This document shows, one piece after another, positions 9,301 through 19,752 of a stretch of 64,000 nucleotides of DNA. The number at the start of each line of letters is the position of its first letter. Within the stretch, counting starts at the first letter, position 1. This DNA is from an uncultured Verrucomicrobiae bacterium (lineage in GTDB: Bacteria > Verrucomicrobiota > Verrucomicrobiia > Limisphaerales > Palsa-1400). The stretch lies in the NCBI GenBank assembly GCA_963764165.1, contig CAVXRD010000004.1, positions 480,001-544,000 on the forward strand, in the 5' to 3' direction. A model generated the notes under the pieces. The model ran no database searches and was not told the origin of the DNA. It saw only the letters and a list, made by a program, of their open reading frames with translations. A program made the translations under genes and the position numbers.

Positions 9301-11321
9301 AGGCGAGTCTGGAAATTCCACTGGCCGATTCCATCACAACCTGGCGCACGGCGATTGATGGAATCAGTTCCACGGGAAAGATGGGCGGCGCGGAATTGCC
9401 AATTCCCGTCTTCCAGGATTTCTTTATTGATCTCGACCTGCCCGTCTCCATGTCGCTGGGTGACGAGGTCTCAGTCCCTATTAGCTGCTACAACTATTTG
9501 AACGAAGCGCAGGACGTTCATTTGACTCTAGCGTCCGCTGACTGGTTTGAATCACCACTGCGAACCGCTGCGATCCATCTCGCGCCCAACGAAGTAAAAA
9601 GCGCGACTCTGCCAATCAAGGTTGTCCGCGTGGGCAACCGCTCCCTCCGCATTTCAGCTCAGGGAACCAAAATGTCGGACGCCGTTGAACGCGAAATCCG
9701 AGTGCTCCCGGTAGGTGAGAAAACCGAGCGGACACAAAATGAGATTCTGCAAAGCGACTTCACCGATACGATGACTATTCCGGAAGGCTCCGTGCCGGAT
9801 TCGCAGAAATTGATCGCAAAGTTTTATCCATCGCGCTTTAGCGAGATTGTCGAAGGACTGGATTCGATTTTCGAAGCGCCTCATGGATGTTTTGAGCAGA
9901 CCTCTTCCACCACCTATCCAAACGTCCTCGTGCTTGATTACCTCAAGCGCATGGGCCGCTTGACGCCGGAGATCGAGATTCGAGCGCGCAAGTTCATTAA
10001 CACCGGTTACCAGAGGCTCTTGACCTTCGAGGTTCCAGGCGGCGGTTTTGAATGGTTCGGCCATACGCCTGCCAATGTGGGACTGACGGCCTACGGCATT
10101 TTGGAGTTTACGGATATGAACCACATTCAGCCCGTTGATCAAGCAATGGTAAGTCGAACTCTGGAATGGCTGCGGGCGCAGCAGAGCGCTGACGGCTCGT
10201 GGAAGCAGGCCGACGGCTACGACGATTGGTCGCAACGCAAGCCGCTCACCGCCTATGTGGCATGGTCTTTGGCTGAAGCGGGCGACCATTCGCCGACTCT
10301 CCAGAAGGCGCTGGATTACTTGCGAACTCACCCCGATGAAATTTCAACAACCTATGCCAAAGCCCTCGCCGCAAATGCGTTGCTCGGCAACAACCGAAGC
10401 GACGCCTTCGGTCGCCAATTGGCGACTCAGTTGCACGACACCGCTTTCAACGACTGCAAACAAATGGTTCATTGGAAATCCACCGGGCAAAGTCTTACGC
10501 ATTCAATTGGAATGGGAATGGAGACGGAGACAACCGCCCTGGCGGCAATGGCGTTGATGAAAGCAGGCATGTGGCCGCAAACTGTCAAACAGGCGTTAAA
10601 TTGGATCTCGAAGGCCAAAGACGCAAATGGCACATTTGGATCGACCCAAGCCACGATTCTCGCCATCCGCGCCCTTTTGACGGGAAGCACCACCTCGCTT
10701 GGACAAGATTTTGAATCCGTGATCTCAGTCAAGGTCAACGGACAATCCGTCGAAACATTCCACGTTACCAAGGATAATAGCGACGTGATGAAACAGGTTG
10801 ATTTAACAAAATTCCTTCGCCTCGGCGAAAATAAAATCAGCTTTCATCAAGAGCCGGCTGGCGAACTGCCGTTCCAATTTGCCGGCTCATATTGGAAGCC
10901 GTCTGTTCCGACTATATCGGCCGCGAAGACGAACGCCGATCCCCTGCAAATTGACGTCCAATACGATCGCACCGCCCTCTCCATCAACGACCAGCTCAAA
11001 TGCTCAGTCACAGTCAAGAATAACACGAGCCAGCGCATCAACATGGCTATCGTCGATTTGGGCATCCCACCGGGGTTCGAAGTGGACGAAACTTCGTTCG
11101 AGCGAATGCGCGAAAAGGATCAAATCGCCAAGTTTGAATTGACTGGAGCACAGGTCATTCTCTATTTGCGCGACCTTTCCGAATCGTCTCCATTCAAGTT
11201 CGATTACAGTTTGAGGGCCAAATACCCGTTGCGCGTCCAGACACCACCGAGCGCCGTCTATGAATACTATCAGCCCAAGAACCGCGCTGAGGCGAAGAGG
11301 GTCACATTGGAAGCCCTGTAA
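6321..11321 (+). CDS. Alpha-2-macroglobulin family protein with N-terminal anchor, intact thioester and a multi-TM/pilin-like insert in the bait region
   Basis: GGAGG RBS; MG motifs SDKPLYQPGQ, YVLPKF, AVDESVF; RRDFPETLFW; DSITTW; thioester GCFEQ (CFEQ at 9888-9899); C-terminal YEYYQP. Confidence 0.92.
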   Translation: MTSQLQTQSKPSIFKRLGALAAIGLLAVGAYSIYVATHEPDSQETVLLGQTRVAAGSPAGFRIVVRNRITGQTVRGANVEIALASKNSQRTRLGNVHTDASGTFDGSLNIPEVAPGNYQLLVDVTSSLGRDHLVKNIEVENPARVFLSSDKPLYQPGQTIHLRTMLVNPRTEKPLTNETMTFEISDPNGNKVFKETRLPSTFGIAAADFVLASELNPGRYQIRAAAGPATAERAVEVKHYVLPKFKIRVSTDKPYYLPGQIVTGTVEGNYFFGKPVAEADVNLTAATVEDKPVAIAGLKGTTDSNGKYAFRFVLPDFFAGLPEKNAQAFLDLTATLTDTARHSEKSTLSLTVAQSELEIAAIPEAGTFVPGVENVLYVLTSYPDGRPAACKVLLNGTAYATDAAGVCEIKLTPSDTTPPVELTALDSVGRKAKLVFHPDKTLPAAPLLVRADKAVYQAGQAAKITVLSSEGDNTVFIDAIKDGQTVFTKSASLKNHAAECAIDLPASLVGPLQINAYVIAANGEDRGSSRVLFINPASGLNISAKLSKPIYRPGELATVDLSVTDSRGQPAPAALGIAAVDESVFALHENRPGLLQQFLDAESDLLKPRYQIKFFDTPDQILLGTQQRLASAYLASLEQRSAPSGIEAMIHSGDPSAQSLVDQLRRFKGTKEYESLRNDPQFAEAFRFAEGGGGLYTMREATGPVKLQATEAHRRAYFNALGKYGRNAFLAAVFLAPLILLICLSRRKSAVISANASPGALRGAEISVRVYNKLGAATIFPLIWYPGGLALFAGRNDHAAWFLFGVEVVAILLLLCVGFFETRPTAVKDLGRDTTSARIGLIAFFTQFAFSRASFAMIALNPPSSEDMLIMLLLGSVLAPLTVLASYGILLKNQMDSQNITTRTPQVSFAFWASVIVMILVLSSMLLPSLARAKQKAQRISLINTLRQIETEKQIMDSDNAGPENAAQSSPRIRRDFPETLFWRPELITDDHGKASLEIPLADSITTWRTAIDGISSTGKMGGAELPIPVFQDFFIDLDLPVSMSLGDEVSVPISCYNYLNEAQDVHLTLASADWFESPLRTAAIHLAPNEVKSATLPIKVVRVGNRSLRISAQGTKMSDAVEREIRVLPVGEKTERTQNEILQSDFTDTMTIPEGSVPDSQKLIAKFYPSRFSEIVEGLDSIFEAPHGCFEQTSSTTYPNVLVLDYLKRMGRLTPEIEIRARKFINTGYQRLLTFEVPGGGFEWFGHTPANVGLTAYGILEFTDMNHIQPVDQAMVSRTLEWLRAQQSADGSWKQADGYDDWSQRKPLTAYVAWSLAEAGDHSPTLQKALDYLRTHPDEISTTYAKALAANALLGNNRSDAFGRQLATQLHDTAFNDCKQMVHWKSTGQSLTHSIGMGMETETTALAAMALMKAGMWPQTVKQALNWISKAKDANGTFGSTQATILAIRALLTGSTTSLGQDFESVISVKVNGQSVETFHVTKDNSDVMKQVDLTKFLRLGENKISFHQEPAGELPFQFAGSYWKPSVPTISAAKTNADPLQIDVQYDRTALSINDQLKCSVTVKNNTSQRINMAIVDLGIPPGFEVDETSFERMREKDQIAKFELTGAQVILYLRDLSESSPFKFDYSLRAKYPLRVQTPPSAVYEYYQPKNRAEAKRVTLEAL

Positions 11322-11510
11322 TCGCAAATCGACCGAACTCATATGAGAGATATGAGAACCGCCAAAGAAAATGCTGACGACCTGCCGCAACGCCGACCGG
11401 CTGGCGCGGCCTTTCCCCTGAGTGGGCAGATGCATCGCGCCGACGTCTCAATTCCTAGGCGCCCGACCGGGGGAAATATTGCTTAACGAAAAATTCTGTC
11501 CCACACCACC

Positions 11511-13778
11511 TCAACCCTTCTTGCCACGATTGAGCGCTTCCGTGAACCAGTCCGTGGCCGGAGGTTTGGCCGGTTGAACGCGCGCGGGTGGCCGGCTGGG
11601 ACCGGGAGAAGTTTTGCCCGCGCCGGTCCCGCCAATAATCGGCGCCGCCTTCATCGAAAGAGCAATGCGCTTTCTCGGCAAGTCCACTTCAGTGACTGTG
11701 ACCATGACCTTCTGCTGCACCTTGAGCAATTCCGCCGGGTCTTTTACAAAACGGTCGCTGATTTGGCTGACGTGGACCAATCCGTCTTGATGAACACCGA
11801 TATCCACGAAGGCGCCGAAGGCCGTCACGTTGGTCACGATGCCCGGGAGTTTCATGCCGGGTTTCAAATCCTCGATTTTCTCCACGCCAGCCTGGAAGGC
11901 GAATACTTCAAATCGCTGGCGCGGATCGCGGCCCGGTTTGGCCAGCTCGGCCACGATGTCCGTGAGCGTCGGCAAGCCAACCTCGGTGGTGACATATTTT
12001 TGCAGTTGGATTTTCTGCCTCTGAGCCACGTCGCGCATCAGATCATTGACGGTGCAGCCCGTGTCGCGGGCCATTTGATCGACAATGGAATAACTCTCGG
12101 GATGCACGGCGCTAGCATCCAATGGATGGGCGCCGTCGCGAATGCGCAAAAATCCGGCAGCTTGCTCGAATGCCTTTGGCCCCAACCGCGGCACTTCCTT
12201 CAATCCAGCGCGAGACTTGAACGGCCCGTTTTCATTGCGATAGGCAACAATATTTTCCGCCAGCGCGGGGCCGAGGCCGGAAACATATGCCAGCAACTGT
12301 TTGCTGGCGGTGTTGAGTTCCACCCCCACCCCGTTGACACAACTCATCACAACATCGTCCAGCGTCCGCTTGAGGGCGCATTGATCGACATCGTGTTGAT
12401 ACTGTCCCACGCCAATCGATTTCGGATCGAGCTTGACCAGTTCCGCCAGCGGATCCATCAACCGCCGGCCGATGGACACCGCGCCGCGCACGGTGAGATC
12501 ATGATCGGGAAATTCTTCACGCGCGACCTCCGAGGCGGAATAAATGGAAGCCCCGCTCTCATTGACCATGACCACAGGAATTGTGGAAGGCAGCTTGAGC
12601 GCCTTGACAAATGCCTCCGTTTCGCGGCCGGCTGTGCCGTTGCCGATGGCAATGGCTTCAATCTGATATTTGCGAATCAGCCCGAGCACCGTCTCGGCCG
12701 ATTCCCGCGCCTCGCCAGCCGAGGCGGCAGTCGGGTAAATTACCTCGTTGTGAAGCAGCTTGCCTTGGCGGTCCAGGCAGACGACCTTGCAACCAGTGCG
12801 GAAGCCGGGATCAATCGCGAGCACACTCTTGCGGCCGAGCGGAGAGGACAACAGCAATTCTCGGAGGTTTTCCGAAAATACGCGAATTGCCTCTGCGTCA
12901 GCCCGCTTTTTGGACTCAATCCGAGTTTCAACCTCAATTGCCGAGCCGAGCAAACGCTTGTAACTGTCCTGCACAGCCAAGCGCACCTGTTCCGCGGCGG
13001 GACCTTTGCCAGTGACAAAAAGCGGTTCGATCAAGGCAAGGGCGTCTTCCTCTTGTGGATTGATCCGCACCAGAAGCATCCCTTCACTTTCGCCGCGGCG
13101 GATGGCCAGCATGCGGTGGCTCGGGATTTTGGCGACCGGCTCGGTCCAATCGAAGTAATCCTTGAACTTCGCCGCCGCCTCCTCCTTTTCGAACATGACT
13201 TTCGACTTGACCATCCCCTTGCTCCAGAACAACTCACGCAGCCGGGCCCGCGCCTGCGCGTCGTCGCTGATTCGCTCTGCGAGAATATCGCGAGCGCCGG
13301 CGAGGGCGGCGGCCACATCCGCCACGCCTTTTTCTGCGCCGACATAAGCCTTGGCTTCCACTTCCGGGTTCACGGTGGATTGCCCTTGGAAAAGCAAGTC
13401 GGCCAGTGGCTCCAAACCAAGTTCCTTGGCGATGGTGGCGCGGGTGCGGCGTTTGGGGCGGTAAGGTTGAAAAATGTCCTCCAACACCGTCAGCGTCTCG
13501 GCTCCATTAATCGCGGACTTAAGTTCATCGGTGAGGAGGTTGCGCTCGGCGAGAGATTTAAGAATCACTTCCCGGCGCTGGTCCAGTTCCGCCAGATTAA
13601 GGAGTCGTTCGCGAACGCTGGTGATGGCCACTTCATCCAGCGATCCGGTCGCTTCCTTGCGATAGCGCGCAATGAAAGGAACCGTGGCGCCTTCGGCGAA
13701 AAGTTTGGCAGTCGCAGCAACCTGCCTCGGCTGAACTTTTAGTTCACCCGCAATTTTTAGAATATGTGCTTCGTTCAT
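11511..13778 (-). CDS. tex: Tex family RNA-binding transcriptional accessory protein
   Basis: TVPFIARYRKEATG, IDPGFRTGCK, SIGVGQYQHDV, C-terminal S1 domain FGAFVDIGVHQDGLVHVS. Confidence 0.96.
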   Translation of the reverse strand: MNEAHILKIAGELKVQPRQVAATAKLFAEGATVPFIARYRKEATGSLDEVAITSVRERLLNLAELDQRREVILKSLAERNLLTDELKSAINGAETLTVLEDIFQPYRPKRRTRATIAKELGLEPLADLLFQGQSTVNPEVEAKAYVGAEKGVADVAAALAGARDILAERISDDAQARARLRELFWSKGMVKSKVMFEKEEAAAKFKDYFDWTEPVAKIPSHRMLAIRRGESEGMLLVRINPQEEDALALIEPLFVTGKGPAAEQVRLAVQDSYKRLLGSAIEVETRIESKKRADAEAIRVFSENLRELLLSSPLGRKSVLAIDPGFRTGCKVVCLDRQGKLLHNEVIYPTAASAGEARESAETVLGLIRKYQIEAIAIGNGTAGRETEAFVKALKLPSTIPVVMVNESGASIYSASEVAREEFPDHDLTVRGAVSIGRRLMDPLAELVKLDPKSIGVGQYQHDVDQCALKRTLDDVVMSCVNGVGVELNTASKQLLAYVSGLGPALAENIVAYRNENGPFKSRAGLKEVPRLGPKAFEQAAGFLRIRDGAHPLDASAVHPESYSIVDQMARDTGCTVNDLMRDVAQRQKIQLQKYVTTEVGLPTLTDIVAELAKPGRDPRQRFEVFAFQAGVEKIEDLKPGMKLPGIVTNVTAFGAFVDIGVHQDGLVHVSQISDRFVKDPAELLKVQQKVMVTVTEVDLPRKRIALSMKAAPIIGGTGAGKTSPGPSRPPARVQPAKPPATDWFTEALNRGKKG

Positions 13779-13887
13779 CTAAGGAAAGGCCTGCGGTTTA
13801 ACGCAGCGGGCGGCGAGTGTAAATTGAAAATGAATTGTCGCGGCGATTTTCTCGGCGAATTATTGCGGCGCATTCAAACTCAGCAAT

Positions 13888-15498
13888 TTAGCCCGCAGTG
13901 AGCGCTGCGCGTTCATCGTTGAGCGCGCCGGTTTTTTCGAGGAAATAATCGTATCCGCCAACGTAGGGCGTGATCTTGCCGGAGTTGACATGCAGGACTT
14001 TGGTCGCCAGATGGCGGATGAAATTCACATCGTGCGAAATGAACACCAAGGTTCCTTCGTAACGCTCGAGCGCGAGTGTGAGCGATTCCACTGTTTGAAG
14101 ATCGAGATGCGTGGTCGGCTCGTCCATCAGCAGGAGGTTGGGTGGATCCACCAGGAATTTGACCAAGTTGAGGCGCGTCTTTTCGCCGCCGCTGAGAACT
14201 TCCGTCTTCTTGAAAATGTCGTCCTTGCGGAAAAGGAAGGATCCGAGAATGGCTCGTCCTTCTTCCTCGCGAAGGCTTGGCGCGCTGGCCAAAACTTCAT
14301 CAAGCACCGTTTTCTCCGGGTCCAGCGTGGCCGCGCGATGCTGGCTGAAGTAGCCGATCTTGGCATTGTGGCCGAGATCGCATTCTCCCTGCTGGAACTG
14401 AACCACTCCGGCGAGAATCTTCAGCAGCGTTGATTTGCCGGCGCCGTTTGGCCCGACAAGCACGGTGCGCTCGCCGCGTTCGATGGTTAAATCGAGTCCC
14501 TGGTAAACTTTGTGGGCGCCGTAAGCCATGTGAACGCCGCGCAAACTGACCGCCCGTTGCCCGCCGCGTGGCGGTTGGGGAATTTGGAAGCGGAACGGCT
14601 TCTTGGGCGCGACCGGCTTCTCGAGGAGTTCCATGCGCTCAATTTGTTTGAGCTTGCTCATCGCCTGCGACGCCTTGGAGGTGACGGAGCGGAACCGGTC
14701 AGCGAATTCTTGCAGCGCCTGGATTTCCTTCTGCTGGTTTTTGTAGGCGGCCAGTTGCTGCTCGTAGCGTTCCTCCCGCTGACGGAGGTAATCGGTGTAG
14801 TTTCCCGTGTAGGCGATCAGTTTCTTCTCCGAGATTTCATGCACCTCGGTCGCAATCTCGTCCATGAACTGGCGATCGTGCGAGATGAGCAGGACGGCGC
14901 CGGAATAATTTTTCAAGTATTCCTGAAGCCAGAGGAGCGCGAGAAGGTCGAGGTGATTCGTCGGTTCGTCAAGAAGCAACAAATCCGGCTCCATCACGAG
15001 AAGGCGGGCAAGGCGGGCGCGCATGATCCAGCCACCGCTAAGATCACGCGCAGGGCGATGGACATCCGCATCGCGATAGCCGAGCCCGCGCAGCATTTTC
15101 TTCGCCTTGGTCTCCACCTGCGGATCGGCCAAGGCGTCGTGCTTGGCATGGGTCTCAAAATATTCGGCGCTGGAAACGTCGCCCGCCGACTCCAATTCGC
15201 GCAGCCGCTTTTCGAGGCGGGGCAATTCTTCCACCCGGCCCGTGGCGACATCGAGGACAGTTTCGTCGCCGAGCGCTTCGGCTTCCTGCGGAAGAAAACC
15301 GACGCTCGTCCAGACATCCCGCTCAATCGTGCCCGTATCCGGCTCCTTCTGTTTGAGGATGATCGAGAACAAAGTGGACTTCCCCGCGCCGTTGGGCCCG
15401 ACCAAAGCGACGCGGTCGCCGGCATTGATCTGCAGCGAGGCGTTCTCGAAGAGCACGCGGCCCCCCAAGGTCATTTTCAAATCACGAATCGTCAGCAT
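13888..15498 (-). CDS. ABC-F family ATP-binding protein
   Basis: Two ABC cassettes (GPNGAGKST x2; LSGGW/LSGGE; DEPTNHLD/DEPTTHLD), no TM segments; likely start MLTIRDLK. Confidence 0.94.
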   Translation of the reverse strand: MLTIRDLKMTLGGRVLFENASLQINAGDRVALVGPNGAGKSTLFSIILKQKEPDTGTIERDVWTSVGFLPQEAEALGDETVLDVATGRVEELPRLEKRLRELESAGDVSSAEYFETHAKHDALADPQVETKAKKMLRGLGYRDADVHRPARDLSGGWIMRARLARLLVMEPDLLLLDEPTNHLDLLALLWLQEYLKNYSGAVLLISHDRQFMDEIATEVHEISEKKLIAYTGNYTDYLRQREERYEQQLAAYKNQQKEIQALQEFADRFRSVTSKASQAMSKLKQIERMELLEKPVAPKKPFRFQIPQPPRGGQRAVSLRGVHMAYGAHKVYQGLDLTIERGERTVLVGPNGAGKSTLLKILAGVVQFQQGECDLGHNAKIGYFSQHRAATLDPEKTVLDEVLASAPSLREEEGRAILGSFLFRKDDIFKKTEVLSGGEKTRLNLVKFLVDPPNLLLMDEPTTHLDLQTVESLTLALERYEGTLVFISHDVNFIRHLATKVLHVNSGKITPYVGGYDYFLEKTGALNDERAALTAG

Positions 15499-15617
15499 GG
15501 AAATAAAGTTCGAAGACGGAGAATCAGGTTCTCTGCGACAACGAGGGGTAGAGCTTATCATCAAAAACCCGCCTGTCCACCTGCCACTTTTCGGAGAGGC
15601 AAAGAAGAGTTTAGAAC

Positions 15618-15694
<77 letters not shown>

Positions 15695-15759
15695 ATGATT
15701 GCCTTCCTATTATGCGCAAATCCGCGGTCCGGAGCAAGCTGCCGTGCCAAGGTTCAGCT

Positions 15760-16425
15760 TCAGCGGCCAAGATACTTGAGCACCGCTTCCGTGCGGCTGT
15801 GGACGTGGAGCTTCTCATAAATCGTGCGAAGATGGGTGCGCACGGTTTCGAAACTTATTCTCAGAAGGTCCGCAATTTCCTTGTAGGAATGGCCTTTGGC
15901 CAGAGCCGCCAGCACTTCCTGTTCGCGCTCTGTCAAATTAACAACGGCTGACGCGTTGCGCGCGTCTGCCGGGAGTTCGCGGACGTTCTGGAAATACTGG
16001 ACGACGCGGCGGGCGATTTGCCGGGACATCGGCGCTCCACCGGCGTCCACTTCGCGGATGGCGTCCAGCAGCTTATCCTTCGAGGTGCGCTTGAGCAAAT
16101 ATCCCGTCGCGCCAGACATAAGCGATTTGAAAATCTGCTCGCTGTCCTCGTAAACGGTTAGCATGAGGACGGGGAGCTTGGGCGTAAGCTCTTTGAGCTG
16201 GCGGACGCAATCGGTGCCGAGCATCCCGGGCAGGTTTATGTCCATCAAAACCACATCGGGGCGATTGGCTGGAATGCCGCGCAGCGCGGCGAGGCCGTCG
16301 GGATATGCGGCCTGGCATTGGAAGCCCGAGGCGCTGTTCAGCATCGCCGTCAAGTTGGCGCGCAGATTCGGATCGTCTTCCACCAGGGCAACTTGAATCG
16401 GTCTGTTCACAGTCCGCTTATTCAT
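15760..16425 (-). CDS. NarL/LuxR family response regulator
   Basis: VEDD...DVVLMDINLPG receiver domain; LTEREQEVL...YKEIAD...IYEKLHV HTH. Confidence 0.95.
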   Translation of the reverse strand: MNKRTVNRPIQVALVEDDPNLRANLTAMLNSASGFQCQAAYPDGLAALRGIPANRPDVVLMDINLPGMLGTDCVRQLKELTPKLPVLMLTVYEDSEQIFKSLMSGATGYLLKRTSKDKLLDAIREVDAGGAPMSRQIARRVVQYFQNVRELPADARNASAVVNLTEREQEVLAALAKGHSYKEIADLLRISFETVRTHLRTIYEKLHVHSRTEAVLKYLGR

Positions 16426-16475
16426 AGCCGTTCATCGCTCCTCCACCAATACCACATTTGAGGTATCATGACGCA

Positions 16476-19400
16476 TCACAAAATCGAGTTAAGTGGAAAG
16501 GTCAGGACGACACGCGTCCCCTTCCCCGGTTCGCTTTCCAAATGCGCTTCTCCGCCGTCCTCTGCCAGACGCGCCCGCATGTTTTCCAAGCCGTTGCCGA
16601 GCCCCTCCGATTTCGCGATGTTGAAACCGCGGCCGTTGTCTTCCACTTCAAGAGTCACGCGCTGTTCCTGGAGTTTGATGCGCAGCCAAACTTCCGTTCC
16701 ATGCGAATGCTTAAGAGCATTGTTAAACGCTTCGCGCACGGCCAAGAAGACGTTGTGGCGAACGTCCGCGCGCAACGGCACGGCGGGGAAGACGTCGGGC
16801 ACTTCCTGCCAGCAGCGGATTTCGGTATACTCAAAAAACTCGTCGCTGAAACGGCTGACGTATTCGGCGAAACTCACCAGCGTGTCGTTTTTTGGGTTGG
16901 TGGCCCAGACGATTTCGTCCAAGGCCTGCACCGCCACTCGTGCCTGGCTGCCAATTCGCTCCAAACGATTCTTGACAAGGTCTTTGTTCCCGGCTTCGTT
17001 CAATCCGAGATCGCTCAATTGCGAAACCTGCGTCAACACGCCGCCGACGTGGTCGTGCATGTCCTTCGAGATTCGCAGCCGCTCGCGTTCGATCGCGTTG
17101 AGCGTTTGCAATCGCAGCAACCGGCTCGCGTAGCGGGCGCGCAGCACCCACAGCAGCAAGCCCGCCAGCATGATGAACAGCGCCGAAAACACCATGAACC
17201 GGAACCACGCCGTTTCCCAATAATACGGCTGCGCGCTCACCGCGAGGACGGCGTCGTCATCACTCCAGACGCCGGCGGCGTTGCAAGCCTGGACGTGGAA
17301 CGTGAATTCCCCGGAAGGCAAGTGCGGATAATAAACCGTCCGGCGCCCCAGCGCTTCCGTCCAGGCATCGTCCAATCCTTCGAGACGATAGCGGAAGAAT
17401 ATTTTCTCGGGAGCCGAGAATTCCAGCGCGGTGTAGTGCAATTCCAAATCACGCGGCCCGGGCGGAATTATCAATTGCTTTCGCGTTTTTCCAAAACGGC
17501 CGGCCACCGTGAAATTCGTGGAGACTTGGGTTCGCCCATTGACAAGCAGTTCCTCCAACACGGCTTTCGGCGGCGGCTTTTCGGCGCCCTCATTGTCCTG
17601 ATTGAGAAAGACCAATCCGTGAACGGTGGAAAAACAGATGAGGCCGGATTTCGTTTTCAATCCCGCCGGACAGAATCCCCCGGAACATTCGTCGGCAGGC
17701 AAGCCGTCGTTGAGGCTGAATTGCCGCGCATGAAAAAACGGGAGCGCTCCGTCAGAGCAGTCAATTAAATTCTTCCTGGCAACTTTGTAAATGCCGGAAT
17801 CGCACCCGAGCCAAAGAAATCCATGATCGTCTTCGACGATTTGTGAGACGGTGCGTGGCAAGAGGCCCTGCTCCGGCGTGAACGTGGTGGTTTTGCCATT
17901 GCGCCAGCAGCTTAGTCCCCCGCCCTCCGTGCCGATCCAAAGCGTCTGGTCCGGATCCAGATGGAGCGCGCGAACGGAAATGCTGGCCAGGCCATTTGTA
18001 ATCGCGAAAATGTTCGGGTTTCCCTCGTTTACCCGCTTCACGCCGCTATCGCTGGTGCCCACCCACAGGCTTCCATCGGGCTGGACGGCAAGGCAGGTCA
18101 CAGAACCATGCGTGACTCGCCCCGGGAACTCCGTGAAATGCCCGCCCTGCCAATGCACCAGTTTCCCGCCGGTCGTGCCAAGCCAGAAACCGCCTTTCCA
18201 ATCATTCTGGAGCGCGATGACAAATACATTCTTGAGCCAGGATTCATTGGTGAAGCAGCCTTCGAGCTGATTGTTATGCCATTGCAGCAATGACCCATTG
18301 CCACCCCACCAGACCGAACCGTCGTCGGTCGCCAGCACCGGACCAACCTCCGCGTAGTAATAAATCTGCTCGCCAAATGGCGCTGGGCGAAATTGGCGCA
18401 TTTCCGAAACATCGCCGGAATACAAGCTGCCGCCCACCGTGCCAACCCACAGTTTGCCGTCCGACGTCTGGGCCACCGACCGGGCGAAATCGTTGGTCAA
18501 TCCTTGCGCGCCTGCCACGACCAGCACATTTCGTTTGCTCAGGCGATTCAATCCGCCGGTTCGCGTCCCCACCCAGAGATTGCCATCAGTGTCCGGATAA
18601 AGGGAACGGATGTCATCGGCGGAAAGATGGTCCGCGCGGCGCAGGCTGGAAAAATGCCCGTTGTCGAAACGGTACAAACCTTCGTCGAGTGATCCGGCCC
18701 ACATGGTTCCTGCCGAATCCTCAGCGAAGCAGCTAATGTAAGCGAAAGGCAATCCGTTGGATTCGTTGTAAACCTGCCATTCGTTGGTCTCGCGGCAGAG
18801 AACGGCGCCGTTGCCGATGCTGATCCAGAAGCGGCCCTGCCGATCTTCGTAAAGGCTGCGGCCCACCAATTTCTCGTGGTCCGGGGGACCGGGGCACCGC
18901 TCCAATTGCCCGCCCGTTTCGACCATGAGACCATCGCCAACGCTGGCGATCCACATGCTTTTTCCATCGCGGCTTCGCAGCAAATCGTGAATGGGCGAGC
19001 GAAGCAAATTGGGGAACGTCGGAACTTCCACCGATTTCCCATCGCGGCAAATCAACAAACCGCCGCGCGTGCCAATCCACATTTGGCCCAAAGAATCCTC
19101 TTGCAGGCAATTGATCGAATCGCTGCCCGAAAGATGTTCCGGGTCGGAAATCAGATCGATATGCCCATCCTGCATCACACACAATCCCGCGCCATCGGTG
19201 CCAATCCAGAGCCGCCCCTGTTTATCTTCGCAAAGGCATGAAATATCGACGCTCGAAAGTCCGCTTTCCAACCCGAGAGTTTTGAAGCGCACGCCGTCGA
19301 AGCAAGCCAGCCCATCGCGCGTGCCCAGCCACATATAACCGTCCTTCGTTTGCACGATTGCGGTGACGGTGTTTTGAGGCAGGCCGGCTTCTGTTCCCCA

Positions 19401-19520
19401 CGAGCGAATAATCGGGGTTTGAGCCGGGCCGGTGGAAATTTCCGCACCGGACAAAAGGCTTGGCGGACAGACTAACTTCAAGACCGCGACAAGAACGAGT
19501 AATCGAAAAAGCGAACGCAT
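16476..19520 (-). CDS. Sensor histidine kinase with periplasmic beta-propeller and Y_Y_Y domain (HisKA_3 type)
   Basis: Repeated DxxGxLWIGT motifs, FRYRLEGLD, one TM helix, ERLRISKDMHD, EDNGRGF/GNGLENM. Confidence 0.93.
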   Translation of the reverse strand: MRSLFRLLVLVAVLKLVCPPSLLSGAEISTGPAQTPIIRSWGTEAGLPQNTVTAIVQTKDGYMWLGTRDGLACFDGVRFKTLGLESGLSSVDISCLCEDKQGRLWIGTDGAGLCVMQDGHIDLISDPEHLSGSDSINCLQEDSLGQMWIGTRGGLLICRDGKSVEVPTFPNLLRSPIHDLLRSRDGKSMWIASVGDGLMVETGGQLERCPGPPDHEKLVGRSLYEDRQGRFWISIGNGAVLCRETNEWQVYNESNGLPFAYISCFAEDSAGTMWAGSLDEGLYRFDNGHFSSLRRADHLSADDIRSLYPDTDGNLWVGTRTGGLNRLSKRNVLVVAGAQGLTNDFARSVAQTSDGKLWVGTVGGSLYSGDVSEMRQFRPAPFGEQIYYYAEVGPVLATDDGSVWWGGNGSLLQWHNNQLEGCFTNESWLKNVFVIALQNDWKGGFWLGTTGGKLVHWQGGHFTEFPGRVTHGSVTCLAVQPDGSLWVGTSDSGVKRVNEGNPNIFAITNGLASISVRALHLDPDQTLWIGTEGGGLSCWRNGKTTTFTPEQGLLPRTVSQIVEDDHGFLWLGCDSGIYKVARKNLIDCSDGALPFFHARQFSLNDGLPADECSGGFCPAGLKTKSGLICFSTVHGLVFLNQDNEGAEKPPPKAVLEELLVNGRTQVSTNFTVAGRFGKTRKQLIIPPGPRDLELHYTALEFSAPEKIFFRYRLEGLDDAWTEALGRRTVYYPHLPSGEFTFHVQACNAAGVWSDDDAVLAVSAQPYYWETAWFRFMVFSALFIMLAGLLLWVLRARYASRLLRLQTLNAIERERLRISKDMHDHVGGVLTQVSQLSDLGLNEAGNKDLVKNRLERIGSQARVAVQALDEIVWATNPKNDTLVSFAEYVSRFSDEFFEYTEIRCWQEVPDVFPAVPLRADVRHNVFLAVREAFNNALKHSHGTEVWLRIKLQEQRVTLEVEDNGRGFNIAKSEGLGNGLENMRARLAEDGGEAHLESEPGKGTRVVLTFPLNSIL

Positions 19521-19609
19521 CCTTTTGGCGTTAGGGCAGTCGCAGCATACCCAGACAGCGCAACGCAGGCAAGACGCTTCATTAAGCCGGAACGATTCGG
19601 TTGGATTTG

Positions 19610-19752
19610 GGAGCGCGGCCGTCCCGGTCGCTCTGGCCGGCGTCTCGCCGGACAGCCTGGCAAATTCTTGGCGATCACTGTTTGAAAAATTGCCTTTGCA
19701 AAAAGAGTTTTCGGCGGGACGCCGAAAACAGCGGTCGAGACGACCGCGCTCC
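19610..19752. repeat. REP-like palindromic element
   Basis: GGAGCGCGGCCGTC...GACGACCGCGCTCC outer inverted repeat with inner hairpins (TTTTCGGCG GGA CGCCGAAAA). Confidence 0.7.

Noticed and set aside
11574..13742. 722-aa plus-strand ORF (also 14512-15951, 16458-17768, 22409-24070, 37015-38730)
   Set aside because: Antisense shadows of well-supported genes in GC-rich DNA; no motifs, and one crosses a tRNA.
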